Shown piece by piece: positions 28,376 through 38,440 of a stretch of DNA of 64,000 bases (the stretch's first letter is position 1; each line of letters begins with the position of its first letter). The DNA comes from a virus (taxonomy: Duplodnaviria; Caudoviricetes), in IMG/VR virus record IMGVR_UViG_2936984999_000001, positions 1-64,000 of that record; one strand, written 5' to 3'. Below the pieces are notes generated by a model, which was given only the letters and a program-made list of their open reading frames with translations, made no database searches and had not been told where the DNA came from. The position numbers and the translations under genes are program-made.

Positions 28376-29440
28376 TTATGCAAATTTGCGAATAACTTCA
28401 AGTTTCTGTTCATCATCTGAAAGTTTTCTAGTCTGCTGTAAATGCAGATTTTCAACAATTGCATCTTCTATGTAAAAACTAAATGCTGCATCAGCGTCAA
28501 GATATTCATATGCAACCTTTGATCTTGCTTTAATGAGTGCAGGTGTTTTTCCGTGTAAATATTCTGATAAAAACTGCTCAGTCTTATTTCTATCACTTGC
28601 ATAATATCTCCACATATCCCTTAACGCTTTAAATACACATCTTGAATATCCATTTGAAAGACGGTTAAAGCCTGACTTTTTACAAATATCAAGAATATAT
28701 TCCATACAGCTTCTTCCATATTTCTCGCACAATTCTCTTGTGTAAGGATATGAACCAAGAATTCCACCCTCTCTTTGACCTTTCTTTAAAACCCAGTCAA
28801 AATCATACTGGTGCTTTAATTCTTCAAGCAACATAGTAGGGCGATCTTCTCTAATTAATCTTGCACCATGCTTCTGATAATCTTTTAATGGCTCTGTTCC
28901 AGAATTCTGATATTCGTATTTTTTAGCTTCAAATTTCTGTCTTTCATTTGGGTCACTTGGAGCTTTTAAAAGGACAGTAACATCAAGTTTTTCGTATTTG
29001 TCACTATCAATAACATTAGATGCACGAACTCTACCAGTTCCATCAACAACTGCTATGTATCCATCTTCAAAATGTGGTACACCAAGTAATGGATCACATG
29101 AATCATAGTCCCATTCTTTTAACAGTTTTCCCAAACTTCTTTCTGTTCGTTCTGGAATCTGATATGCTGTATCCATTGCAAGTAATCTTACAGGAATTTT
29201 AAGTATAACTTTTGATAAACCTGATGCAATAGAAGATGCAAGAATTCCCTTAAGCTCTCCAATATCCTCAGCTCTTTGTTCTAATGTTCTTTCTTTGTTT
29301 CCAAGAATCGGAACAACTGTATTTATAACATTTGCACTAACTTTAGTTTCTGCCTTACTAATCTTTCCAATAACTTCCTGTACTGCCTTATTTTCATTTA
29401 CGTTTCCATTTACATAATCTTTCATATTAACTGTTGTCAT
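28376..29440 (-). CDS. ParB/Srx-like N-terminal domain protein
   Basis: AYQ..R and AVVDGTGRVRA (DGxxR) motif; AAGGAG RBS. Confidence 0.55.
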   Translation of the reverse strand: MTTVNMKDYVNGNVNENKAVQEVIGKISKAETKVSANVINTVVPILGNKERTLEQRAEDIGELKGILASSIASGLSKVILKIPVRLLAMDTAYQIPERTERSLGKLLKEWDYDSCDPLLGVPHFEDGYIAVVDGTGRVRASNVIDSDKYEKLDVTVLLKAPSDPNERQKFEAKKYEYQNSGTEPLKDYQKHGARLIREDRPTMLLEELKHQYDFDWVLKKGQREGGILGSYPYTRELCEKYGRSCMEYILDICKKSGFNRLSNGYSRCVFKALRDMWRYYASDRNKTEQFLSEYLHGKTPALIKARSKVAYEYLDADAAFSFYIEDAIVENLHLQQTRKLSDDEQKLEVIRKFA

Positions 29441-29531
29441 AATCTTATTCTCCTTTATTCATCAATGTATTTTCAATTTGCCTTATGGCATCCATTATTC
29501 AATTTTCAAAATTTTCCCAATAAAAAAAAGA

Positions 29532-29783
29532 CTACCGAACACGCTCATAAGGAACGTAATTGTAGCCTTTTGATTTGAGATCATCTGCGACCTCTTCAAT
29601 GGTTCGTTTCCAAACCATCTTATTAATATGATTGTTTACCTCTACGTTGTTTCCTGTAATTGTTGACCGGTATTTGTCATGGCTGCCTTTTGAGCAGATA
29701 TACAAATAACCGTTTGCCTTGAGATAAGACCGGAGCCTTCGCTCCTGTTTCTTATCCCATGATTTAGTTGTTTTCTTGCCCAT
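29532..29783 (-). CDS. HicA-like toxin/mRNA interferase (orphan)
   Basis: LRSYLKANGY..KGSHDKY dsRBD-like HicA motif. Confidence 0.6.
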   Translation of the reverse strand: MGKKTTKSWDKKQERRLRSYLKANGYLYICSKGSHDKYRSTITGNNVEVNNHINKMVWKRTIEEVADDLKSKGYNYVPYERVR

Positions 29784-29958
29784 TGTTACACCTCCTTAAA
29801 CACGCCAGATTTCAACATATCGGTAAACCAACAGTCAAAATCTTGATACTCTTCTTTGTCTACAAGATCTCTGTAAACCTCATGAAGCTGGTTGATTGTA
29901 AAACTTTTTCCTTCCAATGGTTCCTCGTAGGTAATATACTTTTTCAGTTCCATTTGCC

Positions 29959-30141
29959 TTATGCCTCCTTAATTTTCTCTCTCCATTTCTTTATCCGAAC
30001 CGGATAGCTGACGTTTTCTCTATATGTTTTTAATTGCACCTTTGCATCTTTTAAGTCTTCACAGTTACACTCAATGCTCCAGCCATACCCTTCGTAAAAC
30101 CCCTCAATGGCGTAACAGTCTACAGTTTTTCTTTTATACAT
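29959..30141 (-). CDS. Hypothetical protein
   Basis: Start MYKRKTVD after AGGAGG. Confidence 0.6.
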   Translation of the reverse strand: MYKRKTVDCYAIEGFYEGYGWSIECNCEDLKDAKVQLKTYRENVSYPVRIKKWREKIKEA

Positions 30142-30155
30142 TTTTATACCTCCTC

Positions 30156-30548
30156 CTACATTTTTCTTAACTGGTTCGTCAAGCAAACTGCGACTGGTCC
30201 TGTAACAACATACAGCCATAAATACACCGTTTCCCTTACAATTACAGTTCCCAAAACCGGAATCAGTAACAGTACAAAAATCATCATGGATAATTCAACC
30301 ATAGAAAGAAGTTTCTGTTTCTTCTTCTCTCTGATAATCAATTCACGGTTTCTTTTGCGGATTTCAAGACCGTGATCTTCCAGGTTTGCCTTGCGTACAC
30401 CAGCAAGACTATCTTTTAACAGATTAGCAAGCTCATCATTAAGCTCGCTATCTGTGAAGCACCGAACAATCTTGTCTGTTGTCGATGTTTCAGTTGGTGT
30501 ATCAATAACATCATAATCATAGTTAATTGCCTCTGCTGCTGCTCCCAT
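30156..30548 (-). CDS. Membrane protein
   Basis: 130 aa with two C-terminal hydrophobic segments. Confidence 0.65.
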   Translation of the reverse strand: MGAAAEAINYDYDVIDTPTETSTTDKIVRCFTDSELNDELANLLKDSLAGVRKANLEDHGLEIRKRNRELIIREKKKQKLLSMVELSMMIFVLLLIPVLGTVIVRETVYLWLYVVTGPVAVCLTNQLRKM

Positions 30549-30751
30549 TTTTGTTTACCTACCTTTCTAAAAATTTATTGATTTCTGCGATTTCGCTTCG
30601 AGTGGTGAGTAGTTTGATCTGCATATTGTCACCAGATGAAACTACTCTGTGTTTCACTCTTCTGTTTGTTAAATAGTTGCATACTCTTCCTACTGATTTT
30701 TCAGTAGTATTGATTGTTGCTAATACCTCTACCATTTGCCTTATACCTCCA

Positions 30752-30934
30752 TTACAGTTCCATTAAAAAGTTATCAATGATTCCCACTTCTGCGTCATTG
30801 CACAGAATTTCAAAATGTGTATAATGCCAGCCAACACCAGATGACTCAAATTCAATTCCCTCTTCTTTCAGTTTTGCCTTGAGTTTCTGAGCATCCAGCT
30901 CTTTAAGTTCGCAGTTATAATATTTGCGTTTCAT
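30752..30934 (-). CDS. Hypothetical protein
   Basis: 60 aa ORF. Confidence 0.6.
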   Translation of the reverse strand: MKRKYYNCELKELDAQKLKAKLKEEGIEFESSGVGWHYTHFEILCNDAEVGIIDNFLMEL

Positions 30935-31163
30935 CTGTAAGTTTCACCCATCCTTTCTCTTTCATTTCCTTCTCATTTCTTGCCGTATCACATGAGATAT
31001 TTTTAATATCCCCAAACGGCGAAGGGTACTTATACGGATAGTTTTCTCTTGCAAACTCAAACATCATTATGCTTAGTGGAAAACCATCCTCGCAGCGATC
31101 AAAAATTACGACAGCTTTAGTTTTGTCATATTTTCGCTCAACTAATGCACATGTTCTAACCAT
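30915..31163 (-). CDS. Hypothetical protein
   Basis: 82 aa, AAGGAGG RBS. Confidence 0.65.
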   Translation of the reverse strand: MVRTCALVERKYDKTKAVVIFDRCEDGFPLSIMMFEFARENYPYKYPSPFGDIKNISCDTARNEKEMKEKGWVKLTDETQIL

Positions 31164-31443
31164 TTGCTTTACACCTCCTTGTGTTTCTCTTCCAAAATCG
31201 GAAACTTTTTATATTAAAAAATCCACCTACGAACCGTAGATGGAATGAAAAGCTTCCTTATTATATAGGTGTTTTTAATAATACCGTTTTGAATGTCTGC
31301 CTTCGATCATCAAACGGCAGATTTCGCTTTCCGTTGTGGCGTTGTTAAGACGTGCAAGGATACTAGTTGAGTAATGAAAATCCCTTGCAATACTAATTGC
31401 CTCTTTTTTATAGTTTTTAACTGATTCTGACATTGTAAATACC

Positions 31444-31947
31444 TCACTTTCTAATACTCCAGATATTTCCGTTTGGCTCTGTTACTGTCACGGAATCTGT
31501 AGCTTCCCTTACAGAGACGTAATAAGAGTTGACTATTTGTTTGACAGTTTCATAACTAATGTTGTTTGGATCGTCAGCCACACAGCCGTAATCTTTCAGC
31601 TGTAATGTTGTATAGCCAAGACTGTCTGTATAGACTAGAGCTATATCAGAGATTGGAATGCTGACCTCCGGTTTCGCCTGCTTTGCCTTTGGAGCTTTGG
31701 AAACTTTAAGGATTGTATCATCCTTTTTCCGCCTAGTTCCCTTAGTGTCAAATTTAACCTGGACGTTAGCTCCCTTATGAAGATGGAGTTTTCGCTTGGT
31801 ATGCCAGACATTACCGTCCTGTGTTGTAATAGATTTTGCACCGGTCACAATTCCGGTACCATACCGGATATTTGCCTTTGCGGAAACTGTGGTTGATGTG
31901 GTAATTGTTAATGCTGCGAATGTTGCAGCTACAAGAAATTTTTTCAT
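31444..31947 (-). CDS. Secreted hypothetical protein
   Basis: Signal peptide MKKFLVAATFAALTITTSTTVSA. Confidence 0.7.
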   Translation of the reverse strand: MKKFLVAATFAALTITTSTTVSAKANIRYGTGIVTGAKSITTQDGNVWHTKRKLHLHKGANVQVKFDTKGTRRKKDDTILKVSKAPKAKQAKPEVSIPISDIALVYTDSLGYTTLQLKDYGCVADDPNNISYETVKQIVNSYYVSVREATDSVTVTEPNGNIWSIRK

Positions 31948-32053
31948 TTTATGATCTCCCTTCCTAGAATGTAATTTTATTTTGTGGTAGTTTTTGGAGC
32001 TGACATAATAAACAAAATCTCCCTTCTGAAAAATGAGAATTATTTTTTGGCAT

Positions 32054-32084
32054 TAAAAAAGAGCCTATCTAATTGATAGACTCT
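32054..32084 (-). terminator. Intrinsic terminator after the TA pair
   Basis: Hairpin agagtctatc/gataggctct followed by a U-tract on the minus strand. Confidence 0.7.
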
Positions 32085-32178
32085 TGTGTGTGCTGATAAA
32101 ACTAATACCGAACTTTCACTTATTTTATTCTCTCCCTTACTTCATTTTGAGAATATTCGCTTTGTTGAGGTTTTATTA

Positions 32179-32487
32179 TTATTTCACAGGTTTCATTGAT
32201 ACTACTTCTAAGGTTTTCCCTAAAGAATTAAGTACTTTTAATACTGTAGACAACTGTGGATCTGTGGTTCCCTTCTCCATCCGAGAAATAATTGGTTGTT
32301 TAATTCCGCTCATAATTTCAAGCTGTTTTTGAGTAATACCCTCCTCTTCCCTTGCCTGAACAATTTCATTTATGATTGCTCTCCGAACTTTACTTTCTGC
32401 AATCTCTTCTGGAGTGTACATCTGATCTCTAAATTCGTCCCAGGATGTACCCCTGGGACTGATTTTCTTTTTACTCATCATCTTCAC
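32179..32487 (-). CDS. HTH (XRE) antitoxin, HigA-like
   Basis: ITQKQLEIMSGIKQPIISRMEKG; downstream of a RelE-like toxin. Confidence 0.85.
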   Translation of the reverse strand: MKMMSKKKISPRGTSWDEFRDQMYTPEEIAESKVRRAIINEIVQAREEEGITQKQLEIMSGIKQPIISRMEKGTTDPQLSTVLKVLNSLGKTLEVVSMKPVK

Positions 32488-32833
32488 CTCTTTCTATATA
32501 GTCATTCATAAGTTTTTCTGCTTTTTTAATTTCTCTTTTTGGCGTTTTTTGTGTTTTCTTTTGAAAATGAGATAATAGAACGATTTTATTATCAATGTAT
32601 GCAAAGAATAAAATTCTATCCCTTAGTGGTCGCAATTCCCAGATTTTACCTTCGAGATGTTTCACAAAAGGAATTCCTGCTCTCGTTCCTTTCTCTTCAA
32701 GCTCGTCAATGTAGTCCAAAATTTTCTCACGCTTTATTCTATTGTCTTTTGTATCCTTCTCAAATAATGAGAGGATGTAGTCTCTTACCGGCTCTTTGCC
32801 TTTCTTGTCTCTGTAAAAAATAACCTCAAACAA
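32471..32833 (-). CDS. RelE/HigB (Gp49-like) toxin
   Basis: KHLEGKIWELRP..RILFF..LLSHFQKKTQKTP. Confidence 0.88.
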   Translation of the reverse strand: MFEVIFYRDKKGKEPVRDYILSLFEKDTKDNRIKREKILDYIDELEEKGTRAGIPFVKHLEGKIWELRPLRDRILFFAYIDNKIVLLSHFQKKTQKTPKREIKKAEKLMNDYIERGEDDE

Positions 32834-32861
32834 ATCCTTTATTCTCCTTTCTTTTGAGCCG

Positions 32862-32890
32862 ATTATAACTTAAAAGTATATTCTTGTCAA
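32862..32890 (-). promoter_or_regulatory. Sigma-A promoter of the TA operon
   Basis: TTGACA-17-TATAAT. Confidence 0.8.
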
Positions 32891-33149
32891 TAAAAAATTG
32901 TGATTTCCCTTATGGAAATCAAAGCCCACAAGCGGAATCGAACCGCTATCTATCCGTACACACTAAGGGAGAGGCATCTATAAGCTCAGGGGTTAAGCTA
33001 CGTATTTTTGCGCAGTTTTGGGGTATGCGTGATTAACTGTGTGGTGTGCGGATTATACTTTGCCTTTGTACTATGTGGGCGTGAATTTTTGGGCAACAAA
33101 AAAAGGACCCAGTGAATTAACACTGAGTCCTGGATTTTTAATTTCTGTT

Positions 33150-33365
33150 TTAGTCCCCAAATTTTGTACCGTCTGGAAACTCAAAATAACTATGATACTC
33201 TGCACCCATTACATGGGCAATTTCCTCAAGCTCTTCTTTTGTAAATTTGCTTGTTTTAATTCTACGTGAAATATTTGGTTGTGCAACTCCAAAGTGATTT
33301 CCAATATCTGTTTTAGTCATATTGCTATGAATCAAAGATAATTCTATCATTTCTTTTATGTCCAT
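33150..33365 (-). CDS. Cro/C1-type HTH protein
   Basis: MTKTDIGNHFGVAQPNISRRIK; own TTGAAA-17-TATAAT promoter at 33389-33417 and terminator at ~33098-33133. Confidence 0.75.
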   Translation of the reverse strand: MDIKEMIELSLIHSNMTKTDIGNHFGVAQPNISRRIKTSKFTKEELEEIAHVMGAEYHSYFEFPDGTKFGD

Positions 33366-33422
33366 ATCAAAATACCTCCTATATATGTATTATATGACAT
33401 GCTAGAAGGTATTTCAAGTATT

Positions 33423-33923
33423 TTATGCCTGATTCCATTGAACATACATTGATCTGCGGAAATCGTGCATGGGATTTTTAGAGCATTCGTAGTCTGTCGT
33501 GTACCCACTATTACCTAAACGGACTCCACCTCCTGCACCTTTGCGCTTATGAGAGTGTTTCATCATATCCTCATAGTTGTTGTGATCTGGTTTTATTCTA
33601 CGGAGATTCTTACTGTAGTATTCCCACATAGCGTTAGTGAGGATATTTTTCTCATGGGTCTTGACCCATTTGCCCTGGTCTGGCAGCCACACAAACAGCT
33701 CCAGAAAACCTATTCTTTTTGTGTGGAAATTGGTACATACTAAACGCATACCATTATCAAGGCGCATTACTACAGAGTTCATGGGGAAATACATCCCACG
33801 GATATTTTCCCGGCTTAAAGTATGATAGATTTTACACATGGTAAATTCCTCCTTCTTAATCTTAAAATGTGTACTATAAAAGGGCAGAACATGTCTGCCC
33901 TTCAAACTACACACTTTATGCAA
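33423..33923 (-). CDS. Hypothetical early protein
   Basis: ORF; real start probably MCKIYH (33839) after AAGGAGG. Confidence 0.6.
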   Translation of the reverse strand: MHKVCSLKGRHVLPFYSTHFKIKKEEFTMCKIYHTLSRENIRGMYFPMNSVVMRLDNGMRLVCTNFHTKRIGFLELFVWLPDQGKWVKTHEKNILTNAMWEYYSKNLRRIKPDHNNYEDMMKHSHKRKGAGGGVRLGNSGYTTDYECSKNPMHDFRRSMYVQWNQA

Positions 33924-34770
33924 AGTAGTGCTTAATAACTATGTTTAAAATAGTTGTTGCAAGTCCGGAATAGTCATACTCCACCTTGCCTGTCTTTTTG
34001 TTCTTGCGCTCTTTGACCAGTTTATTGAGCTGACGCTTCTTAAATGTTACACGTCCGGTCTCGTCATCCTGGTCGAATTTGTTGGAAAAACCTTTAATAT
34101 AGCAATCGTTGAGGAGTTTCTTATCCTCTGCGGTAAGTTTAACACGAGTTTTAGTCGTATATGGAGTCTCGAATGGGAGACTGAATGTAACCTTGATGAT
34201 ACGCTCTAACTCCTGGGAAGCCTGTTTATAAGCAGACTTCACCTCGTCTGTGAGGATAAGTTCACCATCCTCCCCAGCTGTGGAGTTGACATGGATTGCC
34301 TCAAGTGCATTGTAAAGGTCTGGGGACTGGAATGCCGGAATGATTGCGTACTTGATGAGCTTAGAGTTATCCCAGGAAGCCAGTACACGGAGAATAGTCC
34401 GAACAGTGTCGGAATCATTGCCAAAGTGATTCTCATTCTTCTCAGACATGATGTTTACAACTATGTCATGTGTAGACTCAGTATCTGCGGACTTCTCCTC
34501 AAGCTCAGATTTAGTCTTTTTAAGAGACTCCATCTGTTGCTCAAGTGCCTCTTTTTCCTCTTCTGTCGCGTCACTGTCCTCTGAATTGGCATTGTTAATT
34601 TTCTTCTGAAGTGCCTCAATCTGGCTGTCCACTAACTGAATTGACATGAGCGCGTTTTCATGGTCAATTGCCTCCATGAACTCTTTCTTTGTTTCTGGTG
34701 TAGCTGATTCGTTCCAAAAATTGATTGCTAACATTGTGTTTTTCATATTAACCTCTTCTTTCTCCCACAT
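33916..34770 (-). CDS. First gene of the leftward early arm, coiled-coil protein
   Basis: Long ORF; real start probably MKNTML (34746) after GAGG. Confidence 0.75.
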   Translation of the reverse strand: MWEKEEVNMKNTMLAINFWNESATPETKKEFMEAIDHENALMSIQLVDSQIEALQKKINNANSEDSDATEEEKEALEQQMESLKKTKSELEEKSADTESTHDIVVNIMSEKNENHFGNDSDTVRTILRVLASWDNSKLIKYAIIPAFQSPDLYNALEAIHVNSTAGEDGELILTDEVKSAYKQASQELERIIKVTFSLPFETPYTTKTRVKLTAEDKKLLNDCYIKGFSNKFDQDDETGRVTFKKRQLNKLVKERKNKKTGKVEYDYSGLATTILNIVIKHYFA

Positions 34771-34789
34771 GTGGGTACAAAAATAGTTT

Positions 34790-35478
34790 ATTGTTTCGTG
34801 TTATGCACACTACCAAAGGGTAAACTTGTTTCGTTCACCCTTTGAACTATGTATAACTTTTGTATATAACCAGATAAGTCCTTACGTGACTGGCAGACAT
34901 TACTCTGCACAAAAAGGATAGGTTTTACCCTATTCCCACAACTTTATATACTGTATTGCTACTAGCTGATGTTAAATGCTAGTTGTTATTTTTTTCTATT
35001 CACTCTTTCGAGTGATGGGCTTCAATCGGAATCTTTATCGCCCACTGCCTAGAATATAGACTGGACTCCAATTTTATCCAAAGAGACTAACTAAACTCTT
35101 GTCATGTACACTGGTATGCACACCTCACCACAAAGTACGACTGAATGGCTTAACTACTTCAAGGTGTAGTCTTATACCCTTTATTCAATTTGTACACCAG
35201 CAAAATTTTATAAAAATCTGGTGGCACTCCAATGTTTTGTAGTTCACACGTTTTGGTGTACTGTCTAGGACAGCTTGACTACTTGTGTGCAAAACACTTT
35301 TGTGTTTTATTTTTCTAGGGATTTATACTTGCCAGAAGTCCTTTGAAATGCTACAATAGATATTGTCAAGGTATCTATTGAGGACTTCCAGATTAAAACC
35401 CTATTCTATGTAGTTGTTGAAAATCTGGAAATTTCTCACCTCTTTCTCATACCGTTATTGATATGTTTTGTTGATAGT
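34790..35478 (-). ncRNA. Candidate long structured leader/ncRNA (~690 nt)
   Basis: No long ORF; many hairpins incl. tcactc-gaaa-gagtga; lies downstream of a consensus promoter. Confidence 0.5.
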
Positions 35479-35481
35479 TGC

Positions 35482-35510
35482 ATATTACCATATCGTTATT
35501 GATATGTCAA
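35482..35510 (-). promoter_or_regulatory. Strong sigma-A early promoter
   Basis: TTGACA-17-TAATAT with extended TG; direct repeat cgttattgatatgt at 35453-35466 and 35494-35507. Confidence 0.75.
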
Positions 35511-35600
35511 TACTTTTTTAAAACTTTTTTGCAATCTCGATTTTGACCGCCCCACATGGGCTTTGAAGTCGTTGTTGCTGTATCTCAATTGCTTGACGCA

Positions 35601-35690
35601 AGTATAACACTTTGTACAAAGTATTTTCAAGTCGGAATATTGTACAAAGTGTAGCTTGCTTTTCTGTTCACTTTGTACAAAGTGTATAAT
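35601..35690. promoter_or_regulatory. Three palindromic operators overlapping divergent promoter elements
   Basis: actttgtacaaagt 35609-35622, attgtacaaagtgt 35639-35652, cactttgtacaaagtg 35669-35684; minus TTGAAA-18-TATACT, plus TATAAT 35685-35690. Confidence 0.75.
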
Positions 35691-35855
35691 TGCATACTTT
35701 TTAATTCGCCTTTATTAGAAGGAATATTTCAAAAATACAGAAGTAAAAACCATGGAAAGTATTGATTTTACTAGCGTTGTGGGCTGTCGTATGGTATAAT
35801 TCTTGTAGAATTACTTCTATATAATGCAAAAAAATGAAAGTAGGTTGATATATAA

Positions 35856-36065
35856 ATGTCAGATAATAATGAAAATAAATTCAATAAAGTAAAATATGAT
35901 AATGATTATATAAAAAATAACTATGACCAGGTACGCTTTACAGTCAAAAAAGGTAAAAAAGAAGAATTGAAAATACATTGTAGCAAGTTTGGTTATAAAA
36001 GTCTGAATGATTTTATAAATCAAGCTGTAAATGAGAAAATAGCTAGGGATTTAGGTGAAATATAA
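35856..36065 (+). CDS. Ribbon-helix-helix (Arc-like) DNA-binding protein
   Basis: YDQVRFTVKKGKKEELK..SLNDFINQAVNEKI. Confidence 0.75.
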   Translation: MSDNNENKFNKVKYDNDYIKNNYDQVRFTVKKGKKEELKIHCSKFGYKSLNDFINQAVNEKIARDLGEI

Positions 36066-37505
36066 ATACAATTTAGTGTATTATGGCTATTGTGCGTGTA
36101 ATTGTATAATTGTTTGAAAACATCCGTGTGGGAAATACATTTTGTAAGCAGTGAGTTGAGCTGCGGTATAGGCATATTGCACAAAAGCGTTGATTTTAGT
36201 GGGGTTGTGGGCTGTGATATGGTGTGGATTGCATGGTGAAAGTGTCTTTTTGAGGGTAATTTTTAGGGAATCGGGGGAAAGACATTGTGCAAAGTGCATA
36301 AAATGGTGTACAGGAATACTATGTCATGTAGTTTTGAAAACTATATAAGGTAGTTTAGTATTCCATATGTGATAGTTTATGGTATACATGATGTACTATA
36401 GTGTACTAGTTAAATTGTTTTGAAAATGATATAACATAGTTTTCGATACTGTATTATATGGTATTACTGCAATGTCTGGTAAAAAATTTCATTTTATCCA
36501 TAGCCATTAAACCCTTGTAAATACTGGATTTCTACGACTTTTTACCCTATTTTTTTGAAAAATTCCTACTATATACCAGTTTAAAGCCCTTGCCAGACAA
36601 CGCCAGAATGTCTTGTATAGTAATTTCTATATTTTCTATCATAGAAGTATAAAAGCATGTCTACTAATATCTATTAGAAGTCATAGAAAATAAGGGATGG
36701 GGGTACTTTCCATCCTGGAGCAGATCCAGGATCGGCTCAGCAGCATAAGCAGGTCAATCTCCACACTGACTGGAAAATGCATCTATCCCAATAAATCCCT
36801 ATAATCCGCACCACTACATTACTCTCTCATCGTATCGACCACCGTATCGTAAAATCCCAGTTTTTTCCTATCATCTTTCACTCCCACTCCACAAAAATCA
36901 CACCAAAAATCACACAAAAATCACACACCAATCTCGCTCAACTCAAATAAATTCAAGCCATCAATCGATACCGTTCAACCATCCAAGTTCCTCCACAACC
37001 ATCGCTCCCCACTCACCACACCAAAATCTCAATGTTTTCCTGGCATAACTAGCAATTTTTCACTATTACAAAAACACTCATTCGATAAAATCCAAATAAA
37101 TCCCTACTCAAATCCCATTTTACTCATCACATCAATCGCATTCTTTCCTATATAAATACTGTTATCTCTCGGTATCAAAAAAACACAACTTAATTCACAC
37201 AATTTAACTAAAAAATTTAAAAGCAGCCATCCAATCCGGATATGCTGCTTTATTTTTTTAACTCAACACTCACTCAAATCCCAGTATTTTTAACACATCT
37301 ATAATCTACACCTACATTATATCAAAATTCCACCCTAAAAATCGACCAAACACCTCTACCCTACCAATTTACCATCAACTACTATCTCGTCAAAATTTAC
37401 CATCAAAAACTCATCTAAAGTACCGTAATGGGGGTATGTTTTAATCTCAGCTGCACTCACTACCCAGATCACCATCCAGGTCTAATATATAGCTATATTT
37501 TTTTT

Positions 37506-37571
37506 AATCTAATTCAAATCTAATTCAAATCTAATTCAAATCTAATTCAAATCTAATTCAAATTTAACTCG
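37506..37571. repeat. 11-bp tandem repeat aatctaattca x5 plus one degenerate copy
   Basis: Seen directly. Confidence 0.95.
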
Positions 37572-37758
37572 AATTTACATTAAACTAATACACTTCTCAT
37601 TTTGTATCAAATTTAATTCCTAAGAATAAAATGAAAATCCATTTAGAAGTCTATATTGATCCATCTATCTCACTTTCACTATCACTATTTTTAGATTAAA
37701 TACAAATCTAAACAAGAAGAAAATAACACAGCATATATCAGTTAAGGAGAATTTAAAT

Positions 37759-38106
37759 ATGAATAATAACGAAATTCAGAGATACGTATCTATCTTACTT
37801 GGCAAAGAAAATGTTGAAACAATATCAGATCTACAACTTTTGTTTAATCGCTATGACGTACATATCTCCAGACGTTTTGACGCAGTAGAAAATGGCGAAC
37901 CTATGCTTTACCGTAGAGAAGATCTTACACAATGGGCAAAAGAAGCATTTGAACGTGGTGAAAAATATTTTTATTGCAACCCAGTTGATGAGAAAAATCC
38001 TTATGGACCATTAGTTCTTTGTAAACCAGAATACAAATATAGGTTACTTCGTGCACTAACTGAAGAAGAATACAATAACGTTTTTTCAGAATATAAAGAA
38101 AAATAA
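37759..38106 (+). CDS. Hypothetical protein
   Basis: 115 aa, AAGGAG RBS. Confidence 0.7.
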   Translation: MNNNEIQRYVSILLGKENVETISDLQLLFNRYDVHISRRFDAVENGEPMLYRREDLTQWAKEAFERGEKYFYCNPVDEKNPYGPLVLCKPEYKYRLLRALTEEEYNNVFSEYKEK

Positions 38107-38137
38107 TTTAGAAGTAGATATTAAGGAGGAATTATTT

Positions 38138-38437
38138 ATGGCTCAACGACCATATACAGAGCTACAAAGATATTTAAGAAAACTTTATAATAAAGGAACT
38201 ATTTTTCTTATGTGGGCAGATAGAAAAGAATTAATAGAAACTATAAATGCTAAAAGCAATGGAAAACTTTTAAAGAGAGCATCTTCTATTAATAAAGTTT
38301 TAGAAGAACGAAAAATCAATTTTCGTATAAAACCAATAACAAAACAAATTACTTTTGTAGATGAAAATGGAAATAAAATTAGAAGAAGATATAAAAGTGC
38401 ATGGCGCATTATAAAAATTCCAAAGGAGGAAAAATAA
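38138..38437 (+). CDS. Basic hypothetical (possible DNA-binding) protein
   Basis: 99 aa, AAGGAGG RBS. Confidence 0.65.
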   Translation: MAQRPYTELQRYLRKLYNKGTIFLMWADRKELIETINAKSNGKLLKRASSINKVLEERKINFRIKPITKQITFVDENGNKIRRRYKSAWRIIKIPKEEK

Positions 38438-38440
38438 TTT

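Noticed and set aside
29505-33105. Recurring ttttttNttgccNaaaa after hairpins
   Set aside because: Explained as terminator U-tracts and their AT-rich tails; too low in complexity to call a motif
36087-36299. 70-aa minus-strand ORF
   Set aside because: No RBS; the composition reflects the skewed non-coding tract
37506-37571. Possible mini-CRISPR
   Set aside because: 11-bp head-to-tail repeats with no spacers and no cas genes
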